DNA of 32,000 bases from the NCBI RefSeq assembly GCF_000237865.1, contig NC_017459.1, positions 120,001-152,000 of the forward strand, given 5' to 3'. Origin of the DNA: Haloquadratum walsbyi C23. GTDB lineage: Archaea; Halobacteriota; Halobacteria; Halobacteriales; Haloferacaceae. A program made the position numbers and the translations under genes. The notes under the pieces were generated by a model. The model was not told the origin of the DNA, did not search any database, and worked only from the letters and a program-made list of their open reading frames with translations. This document shows, one piece after another, positions 21,986 through 31,530 of the stretch. Within the stretch, counting starts at the first letter, position 1. Each line of letters begins with the position of its first letter.

Positions 21986-22834
21986 TCAGAGGGATAGTGA
22001 CGGTGGTGCAGGTGGCATCTGTCGTTTATGTTTACTCTTCTCATATAATTCAACAACCCGAGTGATATCTTCAGACGTCACATCAAGCTGTCGAACAGTC
22101 GCATCGACTGATAATGGTCCATCAACATGCAGTGCAAGAATGGCATCGACGGTATCATACCCTAATCCAAGTTCTTCTTCATCAGTCTGTCCAACCCACA
22201 TACCTGCAGAAGGTGTTTTCATTACTAATTCTTCAGGAATTCCAACTGATGCAGCCAATTGCCTCACCTGTTGCTTATACAGGTTTCCGATTGGATTGCA
22301 ATCGACTGCTTGGTCACCGTATTTTGTGTAGTATCCGGTCAATGCCTCCGACCGATTTCCGGTTCCAAGAACAATTTTGTTTTCATGATTTGCAAGAAAA
22401 TAATTGAGCACTGCTCGTGTCCGGACATACACATTCCCAACAGCCATTTGATCATCTGCAGCCTCTGGGATTGCCTCAAAAAATGACTCAGCAATCGGCT
22501 GGATCTCAATAACCTCATATGGAATATCAAGTTCCTCTGCAACCCACTCAGCGTCACTCATATTCGCATCATCATTGACCTCGCTCGGCATCACAAGTCC
22601 GTGTACATTCTCTGCACCGAGTGCATCAACCGCCATATATGCGACTGTTGTGCTATCGATTCCTCCTGAAAGTCCAAGAACGGCACCGTCTGCTCCTGCA
22701 TCAGCAACGATATCAGTGATAAACTGACTCACATGTGATTCAACCGTTTCGAGCTCTTCCGGTGATAATCGAAGATCAAGCGGTGCATCTGTTGAGAGAA
22801 CTGATTGTTGCATGCTCATCACCGAATCATACAT
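21986..22834 (-). CDS. nadE: NH3-dependent NAD+ synthetase.
   Basis: The PP-loop is LGLSGGIDSTTVAYMA. The 282-aa length and overall pattern are typical of NadE. Confidence 0.9.
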   Translation of the reverse strand: MYDSVMSMQQSVLSTDAPLDLRLSPEELETVESHVSQFITDIVADAGADGAVLGLSGGIDSTTVAYMAVDALGAENVHGLVMPSEVNDDANMSDAEWVAEELDIPYEVIEIQPIAESFFEAIPEAADDQMAVGNVYVRTRAVLNYFLANHENKIVLGTGNRSEALTGYYTKYGDQAVDCNPIGNLYKQQVRQLAASVGIPEELVMKTPSAGMWVGQTDEEELGLGYDTVDAILALHVDGPLSVDATVRQLDVTSEDITRVVELYEKSKHKRQMPPAPPSLSL

Positions 22835-23142
22835 TATCAGCGGACTAATATCTACTTCCTTTTGATGACGCGATTCTCAACCTCCTTGTAAAAAAGCTAT
22901 TTCAGTACACTATCATAGCTGATACAGGCGCAATACCACGGTCTTGCGGAGGAGAATGTCAATTGGGAGTATATACCCCGATGAATATTATGCAACAATG
23001 ACTGATCTGATATCGAGTATCAACACCACTCACTGACTATCATAATCAAGATACTCTTTGTGAGTGTCTGCATGTGATGTAATCGTCACAATTAAGATTA
23101 TTGCATTGATAATTTCTATGTAGTATATTATACTCATTTCTC

Positions 23143-23213
23143 GCGCCGGTGGTCCAATGGTAGGACTCGGGCTTCCCAAGCCCGCGGTCCGGGTTCGATT
23201 CCCGGTCGGCGCA
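23143..23213 (+). tRNA. tRNA-Gly (anticodon CCC), 71 nt, no encoded CCA.
   Basis: The cloverleaf was folded by eye. The acceptor stem is GCGCCGG/TCGGCGC and the D stem is GTCC/GGAC. The anticodon stem CGGGC/GCCCG carries the loop TTCCCAA. The T stem CCGGG/CCCGG carries the loop TTCGATT, and the discriminator is A. A T-run (CTTTT) follows and an AT-rich TATA-like region precedes. Confidence 0.92.
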
Positions 23214-23270
23214 CTTTTGAGTCCTCTCTGACGACGATGGATTACCGAAGCACGGGAAGATGTCGAAATA

Positions 23271-23448
23271 GGGTGCATGCAGTAAGAAGTACCTCCAGAT
23301 CCTCCAGATCCCCTACCGGCACAGGAGTACCAGTTGGTCGGCACAGCCAGTAGTCGTCATCGAGGCGTCTCCAAACTCTATTCATTCCAACTCAGCGGTA
23401 CAGTACCGTTGGAATATTTATGATTATCAGGGCAGAAATGATGTCAAC
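23271..23448 (+). mobile_element. Second decayed tnpB-tail/right-end module, homologous to 20625-20788.
   Basis: It shares the blocks GCAGTAAGAAGTACCTCC, GGCACAGCCAG, GTCATCGAG, CAGCGG, GGAAT, CAGGGC and GATGTCAA in the same order. The corresponding frame reads RSTSWSAQPVVVIEASPNS, versus RSNGWLAQPGAVIETATNL in the other copy. It contains an internal 9-bp duplication (CTCCAGATC x2). Confidence 0.5.
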
Positions 23449-23463
23449 TCCAACTCTATCTCA

Positions 23464-23498
23464 ATCGATAATCGATAGTCGATAGTCGATAGTCGATA
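23464..23498. repeat. Five tandem copies of the heptamer RTCGATA.
   Basis: The sequence reads ATCGATA ATCGATA GTCGATA GTCGATA GTCGATA. It sits between the IS remnant and the stop of the 66-aa gene. Confidence 0.9.
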
Positions 23499-23505
23499 AT
23501 ATAGT

Positions 23506-23706
23506 TCAGACATCGAATCCGTTTCGTCGCAGTGCGTCTGCTAAGTCGCCATCAGGGGCAGCCGAAAACTCTGTAAACGATGATTCCGGTCGGGTTGTCG
23601 TATAGAGGTCAGAGTCAATATTGTCCGGAATTTCGTTTGCGTGTGTCTCTTCAACGACGGCGACCGTTAGTGCCCGCCGTGTAGGGTCATCATCTGACTC
23701 ACTCAT
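23506..23706 (-). CDS. Small, very acidic hypothetical protein (66 aa).
   Basis: The start is ATG and the composition is halophile-type (many D/E). No motif was recognised, so the call rests on composition only. Confidence 0.5.
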   Translation of the reverse strand: MSESDDDPTRRALTVAVVEETHANEIPDNIDSDLYTTTRPESSFTEFSAAPDGDLADALRRNGFDV

Positions 23707-24061
23707 TACTTATTATAAGGGAACCTGACGTTTGTCACTTTGCATTCCGACAACTACTTTATTTATTACAGAACACGCTGATATGATTGTCAAACGTTGT
23801 CATGACAACTGTGGTCGTCCCTGCCCACCATCGGGTATGTTGTATATACTAAACCACGGGAAGCCTTGGCTTGACCCCGAGGCGGTTCACTCTGTAGGTT
23901 TGTGTAGTTAGCAACATGTAGAAATGCTCGTGGATGTAGTAATCATTCGAATGATGCTTCTACACCTGTTGTCGGATTATCTGAGGATAGACGGGCATTA
24001 CACTAGCATATCTCTTCGCCCGCTCGTGTGCGTACGATACAAGAATGGCTAAGTAAGTCGC

Positions 24062-25159
24062 ATGCATTGTTTTGGTATGCACTATCGAACACTGGGCACT
24101 TCCGGTGTTGAGGTCAGCGAAGTTGGATTCGGTGCATGGGTCGTCGGAACCGATTGGTGGGGTGATCGCACCCGCAGTGACTCAATTGAATTAATACATC
24201 ACGCTATTGATCAAGGCATTACCTATTTTGACACAGGTGATGTCTACGGTCATGGTGATAGTGAGTCAATCATTGGTGAGGCGCTTGCACCGTATCGTGA
24301 TGAAGTCACTGTTGCAACGAAAGTTGGCTATGATTTCTATAATAATCCACAAGCTGGACACGGCGAATTACCAAAGGAAATAACAGGCGAGTGGATACGA
24401 AATGCAACCCGTCGTAGCCTTGACCGGCTTGACATGGAGTATGTCGACGTATTACAACTACACAATGCAAATGTCGATGAGGTCGATGCAGACGTACTTG
24501 AGACATTAGATGAACTCCGTGAAGAAGGGCTCGTTGATGCAATCGGATGGGCACTTGGTCCCTCAATCGGATGGCTGGCTGAAGGTGATTTGGCTATCAC
24601 CGAAGAGTTTGATTCAGTACAACTTGTCTGGAACCTCTTTGAACAGGATGTCGGCAATCACTTTCTTAATACAATCGAAAACACAAATTCCTCAACAAGC
24701 CTCATCCCACGCGTCCCTCACTCATCAGGGATTCTCAACGAGCAAGTAACACCCGAAACAGGGTATGATCTTGATGACCACCGTGGATTCCGACCGGATG
24801 CATGGTATGAAACCGGATGGGAAAAAATTGAGACACTTCGATTTCTTGAACGTGATGATGAACGGACCATGGGTCAGGCTGCGATTGCATATCTCCTCAG
24901 TCATGATGCAGTCCCAACAGTGACACCAACGTTCCACACTAGCGAGGATATCTCTGCGTGGGCAGCTGCCTCCGATGTTCCAAAACTCTCAGCCGAAGAA
25001 CTCTCTAAGGTATCATCACTCTATGCAGAGAACTTCGGGATCGACCGCGATGATGGAATGGATCAACTTCGCTCATCTGTTGATGGTGAAGATATCCGTG
25101 CTGCTGGAATTAATAAACGGGCAACACGTGGTCCGCGGAATACAGCATCATCAGATTAG
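24062..25159 (+). CDS. Aldo/keto reductase family oxidoreductase.
   Basis: Characteristic blocks are YRTLGTSGVEVSEVGFGAW and YFDTGDVYGHGDSE. The biological start is more likely the second ATG at 24077 (MHYRTLG...). Confidence 0.85.
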   Translation: MHCFGMHYRTLGTSGVEVSEVGFGAWVVGTDWWGDRTRSDSIELIHHAIDQGITYFDTGDVYGHGDSESIIGEALAPYRDEVTVATKVGYDFYNNPQAGHGELPKEITGEWIRNATRRSLDRLDMEYVDVLQLHNANVDEVDADVLETLDELREEGLVDAIGWALGPSIGWLAEGDLAITEEFDSVQLVWNLFEQDVGNHFLNTIENTNSSTSLIPRVPHSSGILNEQVTPETGYDLDDHRGFRPDAWYETGWEKIETLRFLERDDERTMGQAAIAYLLSHDAVPTVTPTFHTSEDISAWAAASDVPKLSAEELSKVSSLYAENFGIDRDDGMDQLRSSVDGEDIRAAGINKRATRGPRNTASSD

Positions 25160-25214
25160 GCATATCCAATCAACCAATCAACTAAGTGTTGGACCACAAA
25201 TACAATTGAACTGT

Positions 25215-26843
25215 TCAAGCTAAAAACACATGTCGTGGGCGCTCAGAAAGAACGTCACGCCCCCATTCGACAGTTTCACTGAATTCATCAGACCGGAAAA
25301 ATGACATTGCATCCTCACGTGCATCCCATTGACTTGAAATAAACATATCATTCTCATCTTCGAGATTTATCATCAAATCTGTCTGTTGGTGACCGTCCAT
25401 CTCGGTGAGGATCCCCCCAACAGTATCAAACGTGTCATTGAATTCACCGCGATATTCTGATTTCACCGTATAGAACATTCCCATTGTTCCAAAGCCTGAT
25501 TCTTCACCTGCTCGTGAGACAACATCCGGTAACTCTGAAATAAATCCAGCTGCCGTCTCTGCGGCTGATTGTGTCTCCCAAATGCTGACAACAGCATTCC
25601 GATGGCGATTGCGAGCTTCGTATACCGCTGTCTTTACATGTGTCTCATAATGATCGAAGTTCCCTCTGAGTCCCTCAACCTCTGAAAATAGCTCATCGGT
25701 AGTGGCTTCTGAATACAGAACTGTTGCATAGACATCTTCACCATGTGGTTGTCCTGCATAGATGTCATACTCTGCTAACTGTTCGCGAATTTCGCTATCT
25801 TGAGTGTTTGTGTTTGTGTTTGTGTTTGTGCTTGTGTCTGATTGTGTTGTATCCGCACTCGTGGTCGACCTGGAGTCGCTATGATCTGCATCTTCTGTCC
25901 CATGTGCTGATCCGCCGGCACTGGCACCTCCAGGTGACTGTCCATGGGAGCTGCCCCCACCCCCTCCGCTTCCGTGTGGGGAATCCCCATGGGCGTGTCC
26001 GTGTGCTTCACCATGTGCTGTTGGCGCGTCAACATCCTGTTCGACTGTCGGAATTGCCTTTCCTTCGAGAAGTGCACCGAGGTCAGCTGGCGGGAAGCGT
26101 TGTCCAATATAGAATGTCCCGAATTCGCCATATTTTGCAGACACCTCATCGAACCGCATCTCATAGACAATATCTTTGATATCTGTTGGATCATCGGCGA
26201 ATAGCGTTACCCCCCACTCATAATCATCAAAGCCAACTGAGGATGCAATGACTTGCTTGATCTTCCCTGCGTATTCCTTTCCAGTTTCAGCGTGAGCCTC
26301 CATCATTTCAGCTCGCTCATCAATCGGGAGATCATACCAATTATACGTCTCACCTCGACGCTTTGACATCGGGTAGAACCCAGCATAGTCCTTATCAGGT
26401 ATCTCAGGTGTCAACTTTCCTTGCATATACTGCCGTAATCCCTCGTCTGCGGCATCTGGATTCTCAAAATATCCGGGTGTCGTATATCCTGATATCTCTG
26501 CGACAGAAACATACGATGTTGGCTGCGTTGTAAATCCGGCAAATGTCGTTTGCTCAAATTGTCGTTCAGCACGTGAGAGTGCATCAAGCGTCGGTCGAAA
26601 GTGTGTGATGAGGATGTCAGCTTTATGTCCAAGCACAGAGAATACCGCTGAGGAGCCCTCTTCAGCGTCAGCAATCGATTCATGTTTTCGAAGATACTCC
26701 ACACCATCACCGATTGCAGCCTCTCGACGGTGTGTTGGTGCTTCACGCCATGCATCCCAGTCAACAGTGCGAAAATCATGCAGGACAAACCAGCCCTCGT
26801 CAGTCGGCGGAACCTCTGACATATCTGTATATTCAATCGCCAT
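25215..26843 (-). CDS. Chlorite-dismutase-family domain fused to an antibiotic-biosynthesis-monooxygenase (ABM) domain (PitA-like), joined by a His/Gly/Ser/Thr-rich linker.
   Basis: The N-terminal half (GWFVLHDFRTVDW..., SVLGHKADILITHF, YPMSKRR) looks Cld/HemQ-like. The C-terminal ~100 aa (MGMFYTVKSEYRGEFNDTF...FISSQWDAREDAMSFFRSDEF) looks ABM-like. This fusion is known from Haloferax volcanii PitA (from memory). Confidence 0.85.
   Translation of the reverse strand: MAIEYTDMSEVPPTDEGWFVLHDFRTVDWDAWREAPTHRREAAIGDGVEYLRKHESIADAEEGSSAVFSVLGHKADILITHFRPTLDALSRAERQFEQTTFAGFTTQPTSYVSVAEISGYTTPGYFENPDAADEGLRQYMQGKLTPEIPDKDYAGFYPMSKRRGETYNWYDLPIDERAEMMEAHAETGKEYAGKIKQVIASSVGFDDYEWGVTLFADDPTDIKDIVYEMRFDEVSAKYGEFGTFYIGQRFPPADLGALLEGKAIPTVEQDVDAPTAHGEAHGHAHGDSPHGSGGGGGSSHGQSPGGASAGGSAHGTEDADHSDSRSTTSADTTQSDTSTNTNTNTNTQDSEIREQLAEYDIYAGQPHGEDVYATVLYSEATTDELFSEVEGLRGNFDHYETHVKTAVYEARNRHRNAVVSIWETQSAAETAAGFISELPDVVSRAGEESGFGTMGMFYTVKSEYRGEFNDTFDTVGGILTEMDGHQQTDLMINLEDENDMFISSQWDAREDAMSFFRSDEFSETVEWGRDVLSERPRHVFLA
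25804..25839 (-). repeat. Hexanucleotide microsatellite (GTGTTT)4 plus two degenerate units, encoding (Thr-Asn)n in the PitA-like linker.
   Basis: Reading directly gives GTGTTT x4, GTGCTT, GTGTCT. The protein reads TSTNTNTNTNTQ. Confidence 0.9.
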
Positions 26844-26989
26844 CTGTATGTGCGTTGCGAGTCAGCCGTCTTCTCTTATTCAACTATTATATACGATAAG
26901 AGTCCTCTGCGCTTCAGCGCCAGGATACAGTGCTTGCACGTGGTCTGGCGGTTGTCCACCGCCAATGGACCTTGATGGATAGAGATTTT

Positions 26990-28816
26990 CTATCCACTGA
27001 GCACCGTTGGACCGAACACTAACAGTAGCAATGATAAAAGCATAATTATTCCAACACTTGTTGTGATTGTTCGAACCAATCGGCGCTTTCCGCTCGCAGG
27101 GAGCGGTAATCGTGAAACAACCGCCTCAGCACTTGTTCGAAGAATGCGTCCTCCATCAAGCGGATGCCCAGGAATGAAATTAAATATTCCTAACTGGAGA
27201 TTAATCCACGCCGTCCAAAAGGCAATATTTGCTATGAGGAACACTCCACTCCCAATCGGCTCGAGTGGACCAGTAATTGCATAGAAATTATGTACTGCTC
27301 CAGTAAATCCCGGGAAGTTTGGAATGCCAAGAACAACGGATGCAAGCGGCAATACAAGCGATACATAGACGGCTCCAAGTGGTGAATCAGCAATTGTCCC
27401 ACTCAGCCCAATCGCCCCAGGACCACCCTCTCCGCCAAGCAATTCAAGATATGTTCCGGCAGGATATGATTGCGCACCAAAGTCTGTTAACAATAATCCG
27501 CTTGTCCCTGGGAATATATTCACACCTAAGAAACCACTCCCATCTTGTGGATTCTCGCCAAGACGGACTGAATATTCTTTTCGTTCACCTGATACGACAG
27601 CCTCAACCATGACTTCCTCACCCGGTTGTGTTGTATCTAAAACTGCTGTTAGTTCATTCGAAGATACAACACGCTGACCATCGATTGCAGTCACAATTAC
27701 GCCGGGGTTGCTTGGAACACCAGCCTGAGCAAGCGGTCCATCAGACGCAACTCGTGTCAGATATGCTCCAGCAGGAATTGTGGTCGTTCCGCGCGTTGTG
27801 GTCAATTCAATGAATCGGTCTGTCCCAACAGCATTGGCAAATCCTGCTTGTGTATAGACTGCGGTGCCATTCACTGTCTCGACGCCAATTGGGTCGCCCT
27901 CGGCGTCGACATTAATATCCGCAGGATTCCCACCAACCGATCCAGCAACAATCAATTCTCGCTCAACGGTGAGCGTCTGCGACTCCCGCTTCGCTGCACT
28001 TGTCCCATCATTAATCTTGACGGTGATCTCTCGATTACTTCTCTCCGATAAAATATTATTGAGTTCGCTTTCATTACTAATTGGCGTTCCAGCCACGGTT
28101 GTAATCCGATCACCTTGCTCGATTCCCGCTGTTGCTGCCGGTGATTCATCATACGCCCCAGAAACAGCCAGTCCCGGTGCAACAGTGATGCTTCCGATTA
28201 TCGGACCGAATAAAAGCACAAACGCAATGATCGTGATTGCGAAATTGTTTGTGACCCCTGCTGCGAACATCCGTGTTCGTCCTCCTCGACTTGCGAATCG
28301 CTCGCTCTCTTCATCAGGTTCGACAAACGCACCAAGCGGTATAATCGTTAAGAGGAATACCCCCATTGATTCAATCTCAATCCCTTCAACTCGACAAAGT
28401 ATTCCATGACCGCCCTCATGAACAACCAGCCCAACAAGCAGTCCAAAAATAATCTCTGGAGCAACGGATAATGGGAGAAAATCATTCACACCTGGAATGA
28501 CGAGGAAGTTCTCCGGCTGATTTACCGCCGATGGTGCCGGTGGGTTCTGAAGAATTGAGATTCCCTGAATAAGTAAGAACGCAAACATTCCAACCATAAT
28601 CACAAGTGCTGTGCCGACACCGAAGTTCGTCCATGCTCGCCAGAATCGCTTTGGCTGCGCAATCCACTCGATGAATTCTCGCCCACGCTGGGTATGAATC
28701 GTTGTAAACGGTCCTTGCACCTGAACGAACTTTGGCAGCAGTCCACGCTGAGAGAGAAAGAATGTGCCTGCTGAGTATGCAGCAAGACCAACAAGCACCC
28801 ATAGAAGCGTGTTCAT
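26990..28816 (-). CDS. Site-2 protease family (peptidase M50) intramembrane metalloprotease with PDZ-like inserts.
   Basis: The HExxH motif is VVHEGGHGI. The second M50 motif is FNFIPGHPLDGGR. There are multiple TM segments and PDZ-like blocks (GIEQGDRITTVAGTPI, VIVTAIDGQRV). Confidence 0.85.
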   Translation of the reverse strand: MNTLLWVLVGLAAYSAGTFFLSQRGLLPKFVQVQGPFTTIHTQRGREFIEWIAQPKRFWRAWTNFGVGTALVIMVGMFAFLLIQGISILQNPPAPSAVNQPENFLVIPGVNDFLPLSVAPEIIFGLLVGLVVHEGGHGILCRVEGIEIESMGVFLLTIIPLGAFVEPDEESERFASRGGRTRMFAAGVTNNFAITIIAFVLLFGPIIGSITVAPGLAVSGAYDESPAATAGIEQGDRITTVAGTPISNESELNNILSERSNREITVKINDGTSAAKRESQTLTVERELIVAGSVGGNPADINVDAEGDPIGVETVNGTAVYTQAGFANAVGTDRFIELTTTRGTTTIPAGAYLTRVASDGPLAQAGVPSNPGVIVTAIDGQRVVSSNELTAVLDTTQPGEEVMVEAVVSGERKEYSVRLGENPQDGSGFLGVNIFPGTSGLLLTDFGAQSYPAGTYLELLGGEGGPGAIGLSGTIADSPLGAVYVSLVLPLASVVLGIPNFPGFTGAVHNFYAITGPLEPIGSGVFLIANIAFWTAWINLQLGIFNFIPGHPLDGGRILRTSAEAVVSRLPLPASGKRRLVRTITTSVGIIMLLSLLLLVFGPTVLSG

Positions 28817-29030
28817 CAGAATAAAAAAGACGTGCTGTGGGGAAATGCGTTCGGGTTAGTCACTCTCAGTACCCTATCCTGTCTGTTATGATATGTGATA
28901 TGACCGACTGACAGGGAGATGCTGAATCCATGGCAGGGGAAAATATCAGCACTCAATACTGATCGTCATTATATTGATGATCTCGCTCATATACTCACCA
29001 AATTGTCAATAAGGTGAATGCACGAGAATG

Positions 29031-29039
29031 TTTATATTA
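29031..29039 (+). promoter_or_regulatory. TATA-box candidate for a leaderless transcript of the 29059 gene.
   Basis: TTTATATTA is centred about 24 nt upstream of the ATG at 29059. That matches the archaeal TATA-to-start spacing if the mRNA is leaderless. Confidence 0.35.
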
Positions 29040-29058
29040 ATGAGAACCACCCACGGTC

Positions 29059-29610
29059 ATGTTCGAGAGTCGGTATTATGAGGTACGTCGAGGGTTCGGC
29101 TTCGGGACAGCATATCACATATATGAAAATGAAACCCCGATTCTCAAGACCGCGTATAGCACACTCCAACGAAGCGAAAGCTTTCGATTTAGTGATCCAC
29201 AAACGGGAACCGACCAATTCGGTATCCGAGAAACCCCGACAGCGACCGTTGATGAAGCAAATACATACGATATTATTGATGCCCAGACCGGCGAACGAGT
29301 CGGGACTGTTCGACGTAATGTAATCTCCCATCTCCAACATGAATACACACTCTCCAATGATGATGGTCATATCGTTGCCACGTTACGAGAAGATAGACCC
29401 CCAGTGGCGGTCGCACGCCGTCTTCTCAGTAGCATTCTACCCTTCTCGTGTGAGATTATTGCATCAGGTGGCACCCAGGCAGGAATAGTCACAGGCGCGC
29501 TTTCACTTCGCGATCAATTCAGTATTGAGTTGTTTACCACTCAAATTGACCCACAACTTGCTGTTGTTGGCACGATCGTTGCCGATGCTATCGAAGATAT
29601 TGAACTCTGA
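29059..29610 (+). CDS. Hypothetical soluble protein, possibly LURP-one-related/tubby-C-like fold (tentative).
   Basis: The start is ATG, the product is 183 aa and the composition is acidic. The family guess rests only on a loose repeated beta-strand pattern. Confidence 0.6.
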   Translation: MFESRYYEVRRGFGFGTAYHIYENETPILKTAYSTLQRSESFRFSDPQTGTDQFGIRETPTATVDEANTYDIIDAQTGERVGTVRRNVISHLQHEYTLSNDDGHIVATLREDRPPVAVARRLLSSILPFSCEIIASGGTQAGIVTGALSLRDQFSIELFTTQIDPQLAVVGTIVADAIEDIEL

Positions 29611-29856
29611 CTATCCAAACCGTCAGTCTGAATAACATCTCAGCCGTGCATCCATTCAGCATAACTGACCGGGATAATACCAAGATCGACTCAAAATCGA
29701 CTATAGTATAATCCATTCAATATGTGATACTGTATTTTCGAATGAACCCTACAAATCTATAACTCAATCATCACAGGGTTGACCCTGAAATAATTCAATG
29801 TGATTCAGTGTAATTGATATTGATTGTATACGATGATTTCAGCTTTCATTGATGCG

Positions 29857-31524
29857 TCACCCCTCTCGGCGGAGGCGCTGCACAACAAACTCAGCATCAA
29901 GTTCGCCAAGAAACTTGCCAAGACGGGGACCCGCTGACTGATCGAAAAATAGCTGATATCCGACTTCGAAGAACTCACCAACGGGAATGTCATAATCTCT
30001 TGCAATGTCAAAAATTGCCTCTTGAATCTCCTCACCATCACTTCCCTCTGCAACAACCTCAGCGAGTGTATCGAGGGCTTTTGCTGTATCTGATGTTGGA
30101 TCAATATCAATAGCCGGTTGGGTTTCCTGTAATTGATAATTGTATGTATTATCCATTCGCTCTGCCCATATACGGGCTTTCTCGATACGATTGAGCGCAT
30201 CAGTAACTGCCCATTCAGGCGTTTCTGCATCAATATGACCTTCATTACGTGCCATCTCAATCTGGAGTGATCGGTCGTCCGTCATCCCCAGTACTGCCGC
30301 AAAAGTATATGGAAGCCGAACACGTTCTGAGTCAATATTCTCAACGACATATGGATATGCCTGTTCAGCAAATTCATTTATTGACTCATCATTCACCCCA
30401 TCGAAGTATGCACGCTCAAATCGGTCAAAATCATCAACAAGTTGGTCAAGATTCTCAAGATCGAGATCACGCGCCCGCCGCGGGTCAAGTGCAAAGAAAT
30501 ACCGAATAACGGCTGGTTCAAGCAGCGTGAGGAGCTCAGTAACTGTTACTATATTTCCTGTCGATGAAGACAATGACTCATCATTGACTGTGAACCACTC
30601 ATACACCATCGGGATAGGAGGAACAGTATCAAGAACGTTTTCGGCGATATCCGTTCCGGACGGCCATGATCCCTCAGCATGGTCCTTACCAAACGGCTCA
30701 AAATCGACATCAAGAATTTGCCACTGTGCAGGCCATTCGAACCGCCACGGAAGTTTCCCCTCTCGGAATGTCGCTACACCTTCATGTCCACACCCGTCAA
30801 TTGTCTTTTCACCGGCAGTCATATCGGTACACTGATATGTGACTGTCTGCGCGTCAAGATCAATATCGGTGACAGTTTCTGTTATTTTTCCACAGTTTTG
30901 ACAGAGCGGATTGAATGGAACGTAGTCCTCATCTACCTTTGATTGATACTCGCTGAGTACTTCACGTGCGGTATCAATATCTTCGAGTATACATTTGATA
31001 CTCTCCTCAAATTTCCCTTCTTGATAATATTCAGTATTCGAGATTATCTCAACCGGAATATCGAGACGGTCAGCATCGGCTGCTAACAATTTTGTGAAAT
31101 GAGCGGCGTATGACTTCGATTCGCCAAATGGGTCGGGGATATCAGTGTATGGTCGCCCTAAATTCCGACCAAGAGCACCGGCGTCGACATCGCCTAAACC
31201 AACAATCTCACCAGTATCATCAGCAAGTCTTTGTGGGAGACTCCGCAATGGGTCGCGGTCGTCACTCGTGAACACCTGTCTTACCTCATGACCACGCTCT
31301 CGAAGCACCTCAGCAATATAGTACCCCCGCATTACTTCATTGAAATTCCCAAGATGTGCAACTCCAGATGGTGACACCCCACCTTTGATTACAATCGGAT
31401 CAGTTGGGTCAGTCTCTTCAATCTCATCCGCAGCGGTTGCAGCCCAAAATGCGTGTGTCTGTGGTTCATCTTCATCTGTTGATTCAGCATTCTCTGTCTC
31501 GGCAGTCTGTGTGTCATTATTCAT
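29857..31524 (-). CDS. lysS: Lysyl-tRNA synthetase, class I (archaeal type).
   Basis: The HIGH-type motif is PSGVAHLGNFNEV and the KMSKS-type motif is SLSSSTGN. The 555-aa length fits. The ATG lies 6 nt downstream of the pyrH stop. Confidence 0.92.
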   Translation of the reverse strand: MNNDTQTAETENAESTDEDEPQTHAFWAATAADEIEETDPTDPIVIKGGVSPSGVAHLGNFNEVMRGYYIAEVLRERGHEVRQVFTSDDRDPLRSLPQRLADDTGEIVGLGDVDAGALGRNLGRPYTDIPDPFGESKSYAAHFTKLLAADADRLDIPVEIISNTEYYQEGKFEESIKCILEDIDTAREVLSEYQSKVDEDYVPFNPLCQNCGKITETVTDIDLDAQTVTYQCTDMTAGEKTIDGCGHEGVATFREGKLPWRFEWPAQWQILDVDFEPFGKDHAEGSWPSGTDIAENVLDTVPPIPMVYEWFTVNDESLSSSTGNIVTVTELLTLLEPAVIRYFFALDPRRARDLDLENLDQLVDDFDRFERAYFDGVNDESINEFAEQAYPYVVENIDSERVRLPYTFAAVLGMTDDRSLQIEMARNEGHIDAETPEWAVTDALNRIEKARIWAERMDNTYNYQLQETQPAIDIDPTSDTAKALDTLAEVVAEGSDGEEIQEAIFDIARDYDIPVGEFFEVGYQLFFDQSAGPRLGKFLGELDAEFVVQRLRREG

Positions 31525-31530
31525 CGGTAG

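Noticed and set aside
23030-23344. A 104-aa minus-strand ORF.
   Set aside because: It runs antisense straight through the well-folded tRNA-Gly gene and the IS remnant.
29740-29800. The hairpin CAGGG-TTGA-CCCTG downstream of lysS might belong to the IS end-box family.
   Set aside because: It has no following purine-rich/ATGTCAA box. It is more simply a stand-alone 3' hairpin between convergent genes.
14703-30942. Numerous antisense or out-of-frame track ORFs inside confident genes. Examples are 14711-15150 minus, 15539-15977 minus, 17050-18102 plus, 21969-22486 plus, 24306-24937, 25724-26204, 27063-28409 plus, 29018-29370, 29805-30260 minus and 30249-30942 plus.
   Set aside because: Each overlaps a longer ORF that has clear family motifs and acidic composition. 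The alternatives have no motifs and atypical composition.
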